From positions 192,001 to 256,000 of the forward strand of contig OY970195.1 of the NCBI GenBank assembly GCA_963708185.1: 64,000 nucleotides of DNA, in the 5' to 3' direction. The position numbers and the translations under genes were made by a program. How positions within the stretch are numbered: position 1 is the stretch's first letter; each line of letters begins with the position of its first letter. Source of the DNA: Candidatus Peregrinibacteria bacterium. GTDB lineage: Bacteria > Patescibacteriota > Gracilibacteria > UBA1369. Of the stretch, positions 46,427 to 56,618 are shown piece after piece. The notes under the pieces are model-generated. The model saw only the letters and a program-made list of their open reading frames with translations, did not search any database and was not told the DNA's origin.

Positions 46427-46488
46427 TTGACATTCGTTTAGGTTTAATTACAATACTGTTGCATTTATAATTTTAACAGTATTGCATT
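46427..46488 (+). promoter_or_regulatory. Promoter with putative Fur-family metal-regulator boxes
   Basis: TTGACA-N16-TACAAT overlapped by TACAATACTGTTGCATT and AACAGTATTGCATT; inverted repeat CAATACTGTT..AACAGTATTG. Confidence 0.6.
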
Positions 46489-47418
46489 ATGAACAGATAT
46501 CTTGCCTTGTCGATGGTGGTGGTCTCCATGGTTTTCTTTGCCGGTTGTTCAAATGGACAAGCTCCGACGCAGACTTTTTCGAATCCGCAAAATACTCAAC
46601 AGACTTCAAAAGTCGTTCAGATTGTCGCCGCTGAAAATTTTTACGGGGATATTGCTCAACAACTGGCCGGCGATCACGCTAACGTGGTGAGCATTCTTTC
46701 CAATCCCGATGAAGATCCGCATGAGTATGATTCAACGGTCCAGGACGGGATCAATGTGGCCAACGCGGACATCGTGATCGAAAACGGTTTGGACTATGAT
46801 ACCTGGATGGATAAGCTCATTGGCGCCTCGCCGAACCAGAACAGGACCGTTATCAACGTTGGCACGATTGCTCCCGATATTCTTCCCGATAACCCGCACA
46901 TCTGGTACGGCGTTGATAACATGCCGGTTATCGCCCAGCAGATTCATGACGCGCTGGTGAAGGCTGATCCGGCTCATTCCGCTGATTACGATAAAAATAT
47001 GGCGACGTTTGACGCTTCCATCGCCGCACTCCTGAATACCATGGATGCGATCAAAAATCAGTTCAACGGGACGCCCGTTGCGCTCACCGAAACGATTTTC
47101 CTTTATCAGACCAAGGCTATGAATTTGAATGTTCTCACTCCGCTGACTTTTGAACAGGACGTGGCGGAAGGGAACGATCCCACTGCGCAGGATATCCAGG
47201 CAGCGAACGACCAGGTCAACAACAAAGCGGTCAAGGTTCTCATCTACAATAAACAGACGGTCACGCCGATTACGACGAATCTTCAGAATGAGGCGAAACA
47301 GCAGGGTATTCCCCAGGTTTTCGTTACGGAAACCATGCCTTTGGGTAAAACTTACCAGACGTGGATGATGGATCAGTTGAATGCTCTCCAACAAAGCCTC
47401 CAACAAGTGGTACAATAG
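46489..47418 (+). CDS. Zn/Mn ABC transporter substrate-binding lipoprotein
   Basis: FAGC lipobox, DPHEYD, NGLDYD, NPHIWY, VTETMP. Confidence 0.93.
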   Translation: MNRYLALSMVVVSMVFFAGCSNGQAPTQTFSNPQNTQQTSKVVQIVAAENFYGDIAQQLAGDHANVVSILSNPDEDPHEYDSTVQDGINVANADIVIENGLDYDTWMDKLIGASPNQNRTVINVGTIAPDILPDNPHIWYGVDNMPVIAQQIHDALVKADPAHSADYDKNMATFDASIAALLNTMDAIKNQFNGTPVALTETIFLYQTKAMNLNVLTPLTFEQDVAEGNDPTAQDIQAANDQVNNKAVKVLIYNKQTVTPITTNLQNEAKQQGIPQVFVTETMPLGKTYQTWMMDQLNALQQSLQQVVQ

Positions 47419-47424
47419 CCGAGT

Positions 47425-48195
47425 ATGAAAAAAGATTCCGTCATTTCGATCCAAAAACTTTGCTACAACGTGGGCGGGCGAAGAATCATCCATGAGATGA
47501 GTCTTGATGTTGAGCAGGGCGAGTTTATTGCCATCCTCGGCCCAAACGGTTCCGGAAAAAGTACCTTGTTGAAACTGTTGTTGGGCTTGCTCCGGCCTAC
47601 CAGAGGAAACATATCGATCCTTGGAAAAACTCCCAAAAGAGGGAACAGCATGATCGGTTATGCTCCTCAACATCGCGTACTTGAAGCCGATTTGGCTTTA
47701 CGCGCCCGGGATGTGGTCGGTTTTGGTCTGGATGGAAACAAGTGGGGGATCGGATTTCCCAATAAAAAAAGAACGGAACTTATTACGAATGCTCTGGATG
47801 AGGTCGATGCACTCGGTTTTGCAGATGCTCCCGTTGGACATCTTTCGGGGGGAGAACAGCAGCGTCTGCTCATAGCACAGGCACTTATTACCAATCCGAA
47901 AATCATGCTGCTCGACGAGCCGCTTTCCAACATAGATATCCATCACGGGCAGGAAATTATCTCCCTGCTCAGAAAACTTGCCATGAAAAAGAATGTGACG
48001 ATTTTGTTTGTTTCCCATGACGTAAATCCTTTGCTTCCGGTGATCGATCGCGTTTTGTTCATGGTCAACGGGCACAGCGCCGTGGGCACCACGGACAAAG
48101 TCCTGACGAGTGAAACATTGAGCAAGATTTACAGCACGCCCATTCAGGTCGTGAAGGCTCTGGACCGCATCTTTGTCGTGGGTGCGGAAATTTGA
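47425..48195 (+). CDS. Metal ABC transporter ATP-binding protein
   Basis: GPNGSGKST, LSGGEQQR, LLDEP, VSHD. Confidence 0.95.
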   Translation: MKKDSVISIQKLCYNVGGRRIIHEMSLDVEQGEFIAILGPNGSGKSTLLKLLLGLLRPTRGNISILGKTPKRGNSMIGYAPQHRVLEADLALRARDVVGFGLDGNKWGIGFPNKKRTELITNALDEVDALGFADAPVGHLSGGEQQRLLIAQALITNPKIMLLDEPLSNIDIHHGQEIISLLRKLAMKKNVTILFVSHDVNPLLPVIDRVLFMVNGHSAVGTTDKVLTSETLSKIYSTPIQVVKALDRIFVVGAEI

Positions 48196-48217
48196 TTTTG
48201 TCCCATAAGGGAAAACC

Positions 48218-49066
48218 ATGCTCGATTTGCTTCAATATCCGTTTATCCAGAACGCCTTTCTCGCCGGTTCGATGGTGGCGGTCGTCGCCGCAGTCATCGG
48301 GTATTTTTTGTTGACGAGGGGACTGACGTTTGCCGGTCATGCCTTGTCGCACATCGGTTTCGCGGGTGCGGCCGGAGCGATCGTTTTGGGCATTGATCCG
48401 GTGATCGGGTTGTTGGTTTTTACGGTTCTGGCGGGTATGGGCATCGGGATTTTTGCGAAAAGACTCAGCGAACGTGATGTGACGATTGGCGTTATCATGA
48501 CGTTGATGCTCGGGCTCGGCGCTTTATTTATTTCGTTATATTCAGGCTACGCCGAGCAGGCCTACAGTATTCTTTTTGGAACGATTCTTGGGATCAGCAG
48601 GACCGACGTTCTGATAACCGCCGTTTTCAGCATTTTTGTTTTGGCCTGCGTTTTTTTCGTGTTCCGTCCTCTGCTTTTCAGTTCTTTCGATCAGGACGTC
48701 GCTGAAGCCAGAGGCGTTCCGGTGAGGCTTCTTTCCGTGATTTTTCTTGTCTTGGTCGGAATCACGGTTTCGATGTCGGTTCAAGTTGTTGGAGTGTTGT
48801 TGATTTTTACTCTGCTCGTAGGACCCGCGGCAACGGCGATACGGCTGGTGCACCGGCCAGTCTGGGCGATAACGCTTTCGGTTTTTCTGGCCCTCTTTTA
48901 TACGTGGTTGGGGATTTTTCTTGCCATCGGGGGCTCGTGGCCGGTCACGTTTTATATCGCCACGATCTCTTTTGCGGTGTATCTGCCGGTCCGTCTTTTC
49001 TCCCGTCATGAACGCAGACGCGACCTGCACGTTCCCGTTTCACACGCTCAGACTTCAGCCTTATGA
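48218..49066 (+). CDS. Metal ABC transporter permease
   Basis: FAGHALSHIGFAGAAG, LFGTILG, AEARGVP. Confidence 0.94.
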   Translation: MLDLLQYPFIQNAFLAGSMVAVVAAVIGYFLLTRGLTFAGHALSHIGFAGAAGAIVLGIDPVIGLLVFTVLAGMGIGIFAKRLSERDVTIGVIMTLMLGLGALFISLYSGYAEQAYSILFGTILGISRTDVLITAVFSIFVLACVFFVFRPLLFSSFDQDVAEARGVPVRLLSVIFLVLVGITVSMSVQVVGVLLIFTLLVGPAATAIRLVHRPVWAITLSVFLALFYTWLGIFLAIGGSWPVTFYIATISFAVYLPVRLFSRHERRRDLHVPVSHAQTSAL

Positions 49067-49905
49067 TTGAACTTTTCCAACAACCTTTCGTGCAGAACGC
49101 TTTCCTTGCCGGAACGCTCATCGCCGTGGTGGCCGGAGTCATCGGTTATTTTGTTGTTTTGCGGTCACAGGCTTTTGCCGCGCACGCCCTTTCCCATGTG
49201 GGTTTCGCCGGGGCGACCGGTGCGGCGTTTTTGGGGATGAGTTCACTCGTGGGAATGTTTGCCTTTACCATTCTGGCCGCGTTGGGGATGGGATCTCTCG
49301 AAAAGAGGATTCAGGGACGGGATGTCGAGATAGGCATGGTTCTTTCTTTCGTGCTTGGTCTCGGTGTGCTTTTTTTGCGCCTCTACACGAATTCGGCGAG
49401 TGAGGCGGTGGGGGTACTGTTCGGTTCGATCTGGAGCGTTTCAACGTTTGATCTGGTACTGACACTCGTCAGCGGGGCGGTGATACTGGTCGCTTTGGCG
49501 GTGATTTTCAGGCCGCTTCTTTTTGTTTCGATCGATCCCGGTGTTGCCGAGGCGCGCGGCGTTCCGGTGAAGTTCATTTCGGTTTTTTTCATGCTGCTCG
49601 TGGCGATGACCGTCGCCGAAGCGGTCTTGATGGTGGGGATTCTTCTGGTGTTCGCTCTTATTGTCGTGCCGGCCGCATCGGCGCAGCACATGACGAGGAA
49701 ACCTTTTTCCGTCATCGCTCTGTCGGTGACCCTGGCGTTGTTTTTTACCTGGGGCGGCCTTTCTCTTTCGATTTTTACCGGATTTCCTCCAAGTTTTTAT
49801 ATCGCGGCGTTGGCTGCCGTCAGTTATTTTTTGATTGTCACGTTGAGCCATTTCAATTCGCCTCATCCGGCGGAGACGTTGATGCATCCCCATCATGAGG
49901 TTTGA
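49063..49905 (+). CDS. Metal ABC transporter permease (second paralog)
   Basis: FAAHALSHVGFAGATG, LFGSI, AEARGVP. Confidence 0.94.
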   Translation: MIELFQQPFVQNAFLAGTLIAVVAGVIGYFVVLRSQAFAAHALSHVGFAGATGAAFLGMSSLVGMFAFTILAALGMGSLEKRIQGRDVEIGMVLSFVLGLGVLFLRLYTNSASEAVGVLFGSIWSVSTFDLVLTLVSGAVILVALAVIFRPLLFVSIDPGVAEARGVPVKFISVFFMLLVAMTVAEAVLMVGILLVFALIVVPAASAQHMTRKPFSVIALSVTLALFFTWGGLSLSIFTGFPPSFYIAALAAVSYFLIVTLSHFNSPHPAETLMHPHHEV

Positions 49906-49969
49906 TATTTATTTGATTTTGCGGCTTTTTGTGATCTAATGGAGCAAGATATTTTTTAATCTTTCCCCA

Positions 49970-50779
49970 ATGGATCCAAAAGATATTAAAAAGATTGTTG
50001 CCGCGGGCGTCGTTGTCCTCGTGGTTTTTGCCGTTATTCTCTTGAATCCTCTGGTTGTCGTCGATGCCGGTGAACGCGGCGTCGTGCTCAACTGGGGTGC
50101 ATTCCAGGGACAGGTGATGGAGCCGGGATTGCATTTCCGGATTCCGTTCATGCAGCAGGTCGTGAAAATCAATGTCCAGACTCAAAAGGTGGAAATCAAT
50201 GATTCTGAAGCTTACTCCCACGATCTTCAGGTCGTGACGGTTCAGAGTGCTTTGACCTATAACATCGATCCCAAAGAGGTCGGTCTGCTTTATGCCGAAA
50301 TAGGTCCCGCCTATGAAGAGAAGATCATCGATCCGGCTTTGGAAGCGTCGGTCAAACAGGTTTACGCTCAGTATACTGCTGAAGAACTTCTTTCCAAACG
50401 CAGCCAGGTTCAGTCCGAAATTGAGGACAGCTTCAAGAAGACGATCGAAGGGAAACATATTATCGTTCAGCATTATGCTCTGAAAGACGAAGCGTTCAGT
50501 CCTGATTTTGAAAGTGCCATCGAACAGAAACAGATTGCAGAGCAGTCCGCTTTAAAGGCCAAGAACGATCTCGACAGAATCAAGATCGAATCGCAACAGC
50601 GTGTGACGCAGGCCCAGGCTGAAGCTGAAGCCATCAAGATACAGGCTGAAGCCATCCAGCAGCAGGGAGGGCAGGAATACGTTCAGCTTCAGGCCATCGA
50701 CAAATGGGACGGCAGGTTGCCGACGCAGATGCTTTCGGGAGGAACGGTGCCGTTTATTAATGTCGGAACCGCCAAGTAA
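49970..50779 (+). CDS. Prohibitin / SPFH domain protein
   Basis: VDAGERGV, PGLHFRIP, AIEQKQIAEQ, AQAEAEA, KWDGRLP. Confidence 0.94.
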   Translation: MDPKDIKKIVAAGVVVLVVFAVILLNPLVVVDAGERGVVLNWGAFQGQVMEPGLHFRIPFMQQVVKINVQTQKVEINDSEAYSHDLQVVTVQSALTYNIDPKEVGLLYAEIGPAYEEKIIDPALEASVKQVYAQYTAEELLSKRSQVQSEIEDSFKKTIEGKHIIVQHYALKDEAFSPDFESAIEQKQIAEQSALKAKNDLDRIKIESQQRVTQAQAEAEAIKIQAEAIQQQGGQEYVQLQAIDKWDGRLPTQMLSGGTVPFINVGTAK

Positions 50780-50800
50780 AACGTAGTTTCACATGAGATG

Positions 50801-50831
50801 AAAAAGCCCCCGAAACGTCGGGGGCTTTTTT
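50801..50831. terminator. Bidirectional intrinsic terminator
   Basis: AAAAAGCCCCCGA-AACG-TCGGGGGCTTTTTT between convergent genes. Confidence 0.92.
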
Positions 50832-50859
50832 GGTCTCTATATTTTTCAGTTGCTCTTAT

Positions 50860-51579
50860 TTATTGCTGGGATTGCGTGGTGCTGGTTCCCGTGCTTTGTG
50901 ATCCGTTTTGTGGAGCGGGCATTTTTGCCATCATGGCTGCTTCCTGCTGAAGCTTGGTGACGGTCGCTGCGTCGGTAGAGGTCAAGGTGATCTGGATTCC
51001 GTTGTCGATGTTCTGGACGGAACGGGTGACGTTCTTGTCGAACTCCTGACCGAACATGCCGGGCATGCCCGGACCTCGCTTGCCTCGTTCAACACCGATT
51101 CCGAAATCGAACCCATGCGCGTTGGGAGCGTTGGTCTGGAGTTTGGTGACCGTGGCGGCGTCGGTTGATGTCACGGTAATCTGGATGCCGTTGGAAACGT
51201 TAACGCTGCTGACGGAGAGATTGGGTCTGTTGACGTTTTGATCGGCATTTGCGCGCGATTGAGGCACTTTTAAGGATTGGAGCTTGGTGACGGTCGCTGC
51301 GTCGGTAGAGGTCAAGGTGATCTGAACTCCGCTATCGATGTTCTGGACGGAACGGGTGACGTTCTTGTCGAACTCCTGACCGAACATGCCGGGCATGCCC
51401 GGACCTCCTTTTCTTTCCATCATGCCGAATTTATGACTCTGTACCGTTGAAGCGCCGTTCTGCGTATTCGTCGCCGTGGTGGATGCCAGTGTCGTCGGAA
51501 TCAATGCCGATCCTGCCAAACTTGCAAGCGCGCCGACGGTCGCGATGCCAATGGTGATTTTCTGTGAAAGGTTGCTCAT
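50860..51579 (-). CDS. Secreted protein with three 'GxQITxTSTDAATVTKLQ' repeats
   Basis: Signal peptide from MSNLSQK; internal repeats. Confidence 0.85.
   Translation of the reverse strand: MSNLSQKITIGIATVGALASLAGSALIPTTLASTTATNTQNGASTVQSHKFGMMERKGGPGMPGMFGQEFDKNVTRSVQNIDSGVQITLTSTDAATVTKLQSLKVPQSRANADQNVNRPNLSVSSVNVSNGIQITVTSTDAATVTKLQTNAPNAHGFDFGIGVERGKRGPGMPGMFGQEFDKNVTRSVQNIDNGIQITLTSTDAATVTKLQQEAAMMAKMPAPQNGSQSTGTSTTQSQQ
50951..51407. repeat. 127-bp direct repeat (50951-51077 and 51281-51407)
   Basis: Manual alignment: 4 mismatches, 330-bp offset. Confidence 0.92.
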
Positions 51580-51800
51580 GGTGTTTTTGTTAATGATTAA
51601 TGGATATGAGCGAGGTAAGTGTTTGTTTGCAATTGCATGGGTTAATACGTACCGGCAATTTTTTTGGGTGCACAATGGTGCATGCTGATGGACCGGTTTT
51701 TTAAGAAATCGGCTTATGGTTGCAAAATAATGCGATGTTTACTATACTTCATCTTACGTGAGTCTTGGTTTAAAAATCCAAGTTTTATAATCCAATTTTT

Positions 51801-52358
51801 ATGAAAGTCATCGCTTTTACCGGAAGTCTTCGTAAGGGGTCTTTTAATCACGCCCTTTTACTGGCTGCCCAGGAATTAAAGCCTGAGGGAATGGAGATTG
51901 AGATTGTTGACGTCGGCCAGCTCCCGCTTTTCAATCAGGATCTTGAAATGAATCTTCCCCAGGTTGTCGCTGATTTTAAAAATAAGGTCAAAGCGGCGGA
52001 TTCGGTGTTAATCGCGTCGCCTGAATACAACTATTCCATCCCGGGCGTCCTTAAGAACGCCCTTGACTGGGGTTCACGTCCTTACGGGGATAACAGTTTT
52101 GAAGAAAAGACCGTCGCGATCATGGGAGCTTCCAGTGGGATGACCGGGACGGCCCGCGTGCAGTATCATCTTCGTCAGACGTTTGTTTTTTTGAACATGT
52201 ACGCTCTCAACAGGCCGGAGGTTATGGTCCCAACTGCCCAGGACAAGTTCGACAAAGACCTCAAACTGACGGATCAAAAAACCAGAGATAAAGTCAAAGA
52301 GCTGCTTGCGGCGCTTGTTGCCTGGCATGACCGTCTCAGCAGAGCTTCATCCTCGTAA
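51801..52358 (+). CDS. NADPH-dependent FMN reductase
   Basis: GSLRKGSFN, SPEYNYSIPGVLKNALDW. Confidence 0.96.
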   Translation: MKVIAFTGSLRKGSFNHALLLAAQELKPEGMEIEIVDVGQLPLFNQDLEMNLPQVVADFKNKVKAADSVLIASPEYNYSIPGVLKNALDWGSRPYGDNSFEEKTVAIMGASSGMTGTARVQYHLRQTFVFLNMYALNRPEVMVPTAQDKFDKDLKLTDQKTRDKVKELLAALVAWHDRLSRASSS

Positions 52359-52368
52359 CCCCTGATGT

Positions 52369-53019
52369 ATGTGTTTTTCGGCCCCGGCCAGTTTTATCGC
52401 CGGAGGATCGCTGAGTGTTATGGGCAGGGTGACGGTCAAGCAGACGAAACATAAATCTGAAGTTCCGTTCGCCATCATTCCGTTATTGTTCGGGATCCAG
52501 CAGTTCATTGAAGGTTTCGTGTGGATCTCTTTCGGAATGCCGGTGCTTCATGCGATTGCGACCTACGGGTTTGTTTTTTTTGCCTATGTCGTCTGGCCGA
52601 TCTGGGTGCCGTATTCAATCATGCTGCTCGAGCATGACAAGTTGCGCAGAAAAATCCTGGTGTTCTTTTTTGCTGCGGGCCTCGCCGTCGGATTTGCCCA
52701 GCTCTATTATATGTTTACCGAACCGGTCAGTTCATACATTTCTTCGAATAGTATCGTTTATGTCGTCCCAAATGCCTTCGGCTTCTTCATGATGTTTTTG
52801 TACCTGATGGCGACCTGTTTGAGTTGCGCTTTTTCCAGCCACAGAATGGTTAAACTTTTCGGGTTCGCTTTGTTTGTTTCTTTGGCGATCGCTTACCATT
52901 TTTATACCGTCAGTTGTTTTTCGGTGTGGTGTTTTTTTGCGGCACTTTTGAGTCTGATTATTTTTATTCAGTTTCGATTGAAGGCCGATGTAACCGGAAA
53001 AGTCCCGGCGCACGGGTAG
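52369..53019 (+). CDS. Conserved membrane protein (MCFSA..SF family)
   Basis: MCFSAPASF, PLLFGIQQFIEG, SVWCFFAA. Confidence 0.85.
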   Translation: MCFSAPASFIAGGSLSVMGRVTVKQTKHKSEVPFAIIPLLFGIQQFIEGFVWISFGMPVLHAIATYGFVFFAYVVWPIWVPYSIMLLEHDKLRRKILVFFFAAGLAVGFAQLYYMFTEPVSSYISSNSIVYVVPNAFGFFMMFLYLMATCLSCAFSSHRMVKLFGFALFVSLAIAYHFYTVSCFSVWCFFAALLSLIIFIQFRLKADVTGKVPAHG

Positions 53020-53034
53020 TTTTGGAAAATTTTC

Positions 53035-53065
53035 TTGACCCTTACGTTACGTGAGGGATTATGGT
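53035..53065 (+). promoter_or_regulatory. MerR/TipA-type promoter and operator
   Basis: TTGACC-N19-TATGGT with dyad CCCTTACGT-T-ACGTGAGGG in the spacer. Confidence 0.88.
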
Positions 53066-53123
53066 GGTGTCGTGTGGCCGCAAACATCACGATATCTTCA
53101 TCTTAATTACCCATGAAAAATTT

Positions 53124-53870
53124 ATGAAATCGCCGGCTCAGCTGTGGAAAGTCGGAGAACTGGCGAAGCTCGTCGGTGTCTCGGTGCGTACGCTTCATCA
53201 TTACGATAACCTCGGGCTGCTCACGCCTTCCCGCAGAAGCGAAAAAGGATATCGCCTTTATACCGCCGAGGATCTGATGAAGCTCCAGCTCATCAAATCG
53301 CTTCAACAGCTTGATTTTTCCCTCGTACAGATCAAGCAGTCGCTGGAACGTCCGGGGTTTTCACTTCTCGACGTCATCCCGCAGCAGATTCAACGTCTGC
53401 AGGAACAGATCACCGCACAACAGACTTTGTGCGATCGACTCGCCACCGTTGCGGAACGCATGAAGGCGAGGCAGCAAGTCAGTCCGCAGGAATTCATACA
53501 ACTTATTTATCTTACTACCATGATCGACAACCATTATTCTCCCGAACAAAGGGAGTGGATGAAAAAACGTGCTGAAGAGTTGGGCCCTGAACACATCAAA
53601 GAAGTGGAACAGGAATGGCCCAAACTCATCGCGACCGTCCGGGCCGAAATGGAAAAGGGGACAGATCCTTCCGATCCGGTCGTGCAAAAACTCGCCAGGC
53701 GATGGATGGAACTCGTTAAAGAGTTTACCGGCGGCAGGCCGGACATGGAAAAGAGCGTCGGAAATGTCTGGAAGCACGAAGGAGACAAGCTGCGTCAGCA
53801 GCATGGCGACGGCGTTCCCACGCCTGAAATGTTCCAGTACATCCAGAAAGCCATGAAAGAGTCGGAGTAG
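53124..53870 (+). CDS. MerR family regulator with a TipAS domain
   Basis: VGELAKLVGVSVRTLHHYD..GYRLY; DPSDPVVQKLARRW..FTGG. Confidence 0.94.
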   Translation: MKSPAQLWKVGELAKLVGVSVRTLHHYDNLGLLTPSRRSEKGYRLYTAEDLMKLQLIKSLQQLDFSLVQIKQSLERPGFSLLDVIPQQIQRLQEQITAQQTLCDRLATVAERMKARQQVSPQEFIQLIYLTTMIDNHYSPEQREWMKKRAEELGPEHIKEVEQEWPKLIATVRAEMEKGTDPSDPVVQKLARRWMELVKEFTGGRPDMEKSVGNVWKHEGDKLRQQHGDGVPTPEMFQYIQKAMKESE

Positions 53871-53918
53871 CATTTTGGCCTGATTTGGGGTAGAGTGGAT
53901 GCTGATTTTTGTATTTTT

Positions 53919-54245
53919 ATGACACTGTTTCAGAAGCATTGCGTACCGTGTGAAGGGGGAAGTCAGCCTCTGCCCCAAAAAGAAGCCCAGGCCTACCACG
54001 CGGAAATCCCCGAGTGGACGCTTCATCACAAATCCCTGCAACGTGAATGGAAGTTCAAGGATTTTAAAGCGGCCATGGGTTTTGTGGATAAAATTGCGGC
54101 TGTCGCCGAAGAGGAGGGTCATCATCCGGACATGTATATTTTTTACAACAGGGTCCGTTTGCAGCTCAGTACCCATGCCATCGGTGGGCTTTCCACGAAC
54201 GATTTTATCCTTGCGGCCAAGATTGATCGTTTACTTCCTTCGTGA
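53919..54245 (+). CDS. Pterin-4-alpha-carbinolamine dehydratase
   Basis: CVPC, FKDF, AEEEGHHPD, THAIGGLSTNDFILAAKID. Confidence 0.94.
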   Translation: MTLFQKHCVPCEGGSQPLPQKEAQAYHAEIPEWTLHHKSLQREWKFKDFKAAMGFVDKIAAVAEEEGHHPDMYIFYNRVRLQLSTHAIGGLSTNDFILAAKIDRLLPS

Positions 54246-54706
54246 TGATACACATCCGTCCCTATCAAGACAGTGACAAATCGCAGATTGTCAGAGTCAT
54301 TTCCAGGGTCCTCGGAGAGTTCGGATACCACTATTCGCGACAGCTTGATCGCGACCTTTTGAATATCCCCCGGTATTATGCCCAAAGAGGCGGTCAATTT
54401 TGGGTGTTGGAAGCGGGCGGCAAAGTCGTCGGAACCATCGGTGTCAGCGGGATCAACGCCAAGGTCTGTAAATTGCGGCGTTTTTATATTTTGAAACGTT
54501 ACCGTCATAAAGGGTGGGGATTATTGCTGTATAAAAAGGCCCTGGCTTTCATCAAACGGAAAGGCTACCGTGAAGTGTGGACGTCCACGACGGAGAGATT
54601 CAAGGATTCTATCCGGTTTCAGGAAAAAGCGGGGTTCAAACATACCAAAAGAGTTTTGTGGCCTTACAAGCGCGCCGGAATTTTTCATATCCTCAGACTT
54701 TCCTGA
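54242..54706 (+). CDS. GNAT family N-acetyltransferase
   Basis: VVGTIG, LRRFYI..YRHKGWG, KAGF. Confidence 0.9.
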   Translation: MMIHIRPYQDSDKSQIVRVISRVLGEFGYHYSRQLDRDLLNIPRYYAQRGGQFWVLEAGGKVVGTIGVSGINAKVCKLRRFYILKRYRHKGWGLLLYKKALAFIKRKGYREVWTSTTERFKDSIRFQEKAGFKHTKRVLWPYKRAGIFHILRLS

Positions 54707-54775
54707 ACGGATTGTTGGAAAGTTTGTTTCTTTTGGCTTCTGGGGTATAATTCCCAGTAGTTTTTGATTCGACGC

Positions 54776-55501
54776 ATGAAGAAAAATGATCAACTTCAAA
54801 GTGACGTTCAAACTTCGTTCATCAACGAGAATCATCGTGGGAACCGTTTGAGTGATGTCATCCTGGGAGGCCAGGACGGCTTGGTGAACGTTCTCGGAGT
54901 CATTCTCGGTGTGGCCGCCGCATCACAGGACACGCGCATCGTGCTTGCCGGCGGACTGGCCGCAACCTTCGCCGAATCCATTTCCATGGCCGCTGTGGCT
55001 TATACTTCCAAGGTAGCGGAACGTGATTTCTATTTCAGCGAACTTGAACGGGAGAAAAAAGAGATCAGGGAGGTTCCGGAGCTCGAAACCGAAGAGATTC
55101 GCGAGATTTACCGACGGAAAGGTTTCAAAGGCAAACTGCTCGAAGATATCGTGAAAGTCATCATATCGGACGAAAAGATCTGGCTCCAGACCATGATGAG
55201 CGATGAACTGAACTTAAGTCCCGTGGAAAAGAAGCGACCCGTCACGTCGGCGTTCGTCGTGGGATTTTCCGCCGTCATCGGTTCGCTCGTTCCGTTATGG
55301 CCGTTCTTTTTTCTTCCCGTGCAGACGGGCATCTGGACATCGATGATCGTTTCGGCGATTGTTCTTTTCTTCGTCGGGGTCATGAAGGCCAAGCTGACGA
55401 TCGGAAGTCTGGCGCGGAGTGGCCTTGAAATGGCCATCATCGGGATGGTTTCGGCACTTGCCGGATACGGCATCGGATTACTTTTTACCCCACCGGCCTA
55501 A
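54776..55501 (+). CDS. VIT1/CCC1 iron/manganese transporter
   Basis: DVILGGQDGLV, AESISMAA, E-rich cytosolic domain. Confidence 0.94.
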   Translation: MKKNDQLQSDVQTSFINENHRGNRLSDVILGGQDGLVNVLGVILGVAAASQDTRIVLAGGLAATFAESISMAAVAYTSKVAERDFYFSELEREKKEIREVPELETEEIREIYRRKGFKGKLLEDIVKVIISDEKIWLQTMMSDELNLSPVEKKRPVTSAFVVGFSAVIGSLVPLWPFFFLPVQTGIWTSMIVSAIVLFFVGVMKAKLTIGSLARSGLEMAIIGMVSALAGYGIGLLFTPPA

Positions 55502-55511
55502 CTTCAACATT

Positions 55512-56618
55512 ATGGCAGTCAAAACAAAAAGCAATGGCGTCGTCCTCAAGTATTTCCCGGGATATTTTCTCATCACCTGCCTTGTCCTGTCGGTTATTTT
55601 TCTTTACTGGCTCTTTCAGCCTTTCTTGACGGTCCTCGTGCTGGCGGCCATTTTTTCGACGACGTTCTATCCGCTGTATAGATGGATTCTCAAGCTTTTC
55701 AGAAACAGATCCAGCCTGGCTTCGTTTGTGACGTGCGTATTGATTCTGTTTCTCATCATCATTCCGCTTATTTTGTTTGTCTTTCTGCTGGCGCGCCAGG
55801 CGGTGGACATCTACACGTTCCTCCAGCATAAGGTTGCCAGCGGAGAATTTGACGCCTATTTGAAATGGCAGCACGGGAACTTTTTCTACGATTTTTATCA
55901 GGCCAATCTGGCACAGCTCAACGGTGCCATTGACGTCAATGCGCTCGATCTCAAACAGGGGCTTACCGATCTTGCCAGAAACGTGAGTACTTTTCTTGTG
56001 GACCAGAGTGCGTCGCTCCTTAAAGGCTTGGGAAGGATCATTGTCGGATTTTTCATTCTGATGTTCGCGATGTTTTATCTGTTCAGGGGACATAAGGATA
56101 TCACCAAGAAGCTCATGAAAATCAGCCCTCTTCCTCTTGAATACGAACTCGAACTGTTCAAAAAATTCAAGGAGATGAGCAAGGCGACGGTATACGGTAT
56201 TTTTCTGGTTTCCGTCATTAAAGGTATTCTCGGCGGAATCGGGTTTTTGATCGCCGGCATTCCCAATCCGTTGTTTTGGGGTACGGCCATCGGGATTTTT
56301 TCACTCGTGCCTTTGTTCGGCGCCACGATTATCTGGCTACCCGCCGCGATTCTTCTTTTGGTCAATGGACAGCTGGTTCCGGGTATCTTCCTGCTTCTAT
56401 GGGGAACCTTCGTCGTGAGCACGGTCGATAATATTTTTCAGGCCTTTTTTATCGGCAACCAGGCGAACCTCAATCCGTTGCTGGTTTTCCTGGCGGTTTT
56501 TGGGGGAATCGGGCTGTTCGGACTGTTGGGCGTTATTTTCGGACCTTTGATTTTGACGATTTTCTTCACGTTCCTTCATATTTACGAACTGGAGTATAAA
56601 AAGATCCTGAGTAAGTGA
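55512..56618 (+). CDS. AI-2E family transporter (PerM/UPF0118)
   Basis: YPLY, SLVPLFG, VDN, GGIGLFGLLGVIFGP. Confidence 0.92.
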   Translation: MAVKTKSNGVVLKYFPGYFLITCLVLSVIFLYWLFQPFLTVLVLAAIFSTTFYPLYRWILKLFRNRSSLASFVTCVLILFLIIIPLILFVFLLARQAVDIYTFLQHKVASGEFDAYLKWQHGNFFYDFYQANLAQLNGAIDVNALDLKQGLTDLARNVSTFLVDQSASLLKGLGRIIVGFFILMFAMFYLFRGHKDITKKLMKISPLPLEYELELFKKFKEMSKATVYGIFLVSVIKGILGGIGFLIAGIPNPLFWGTAIGIFSLVPLFGATIIWLPAAILLLVNGQLVPGIFLLLWGTFVVSTVDNIFQAFFIGNQANLNPLLVFLAVFGGIGLFGLLGVIFGPLILTIFFTFLHIYELEYKKILSK

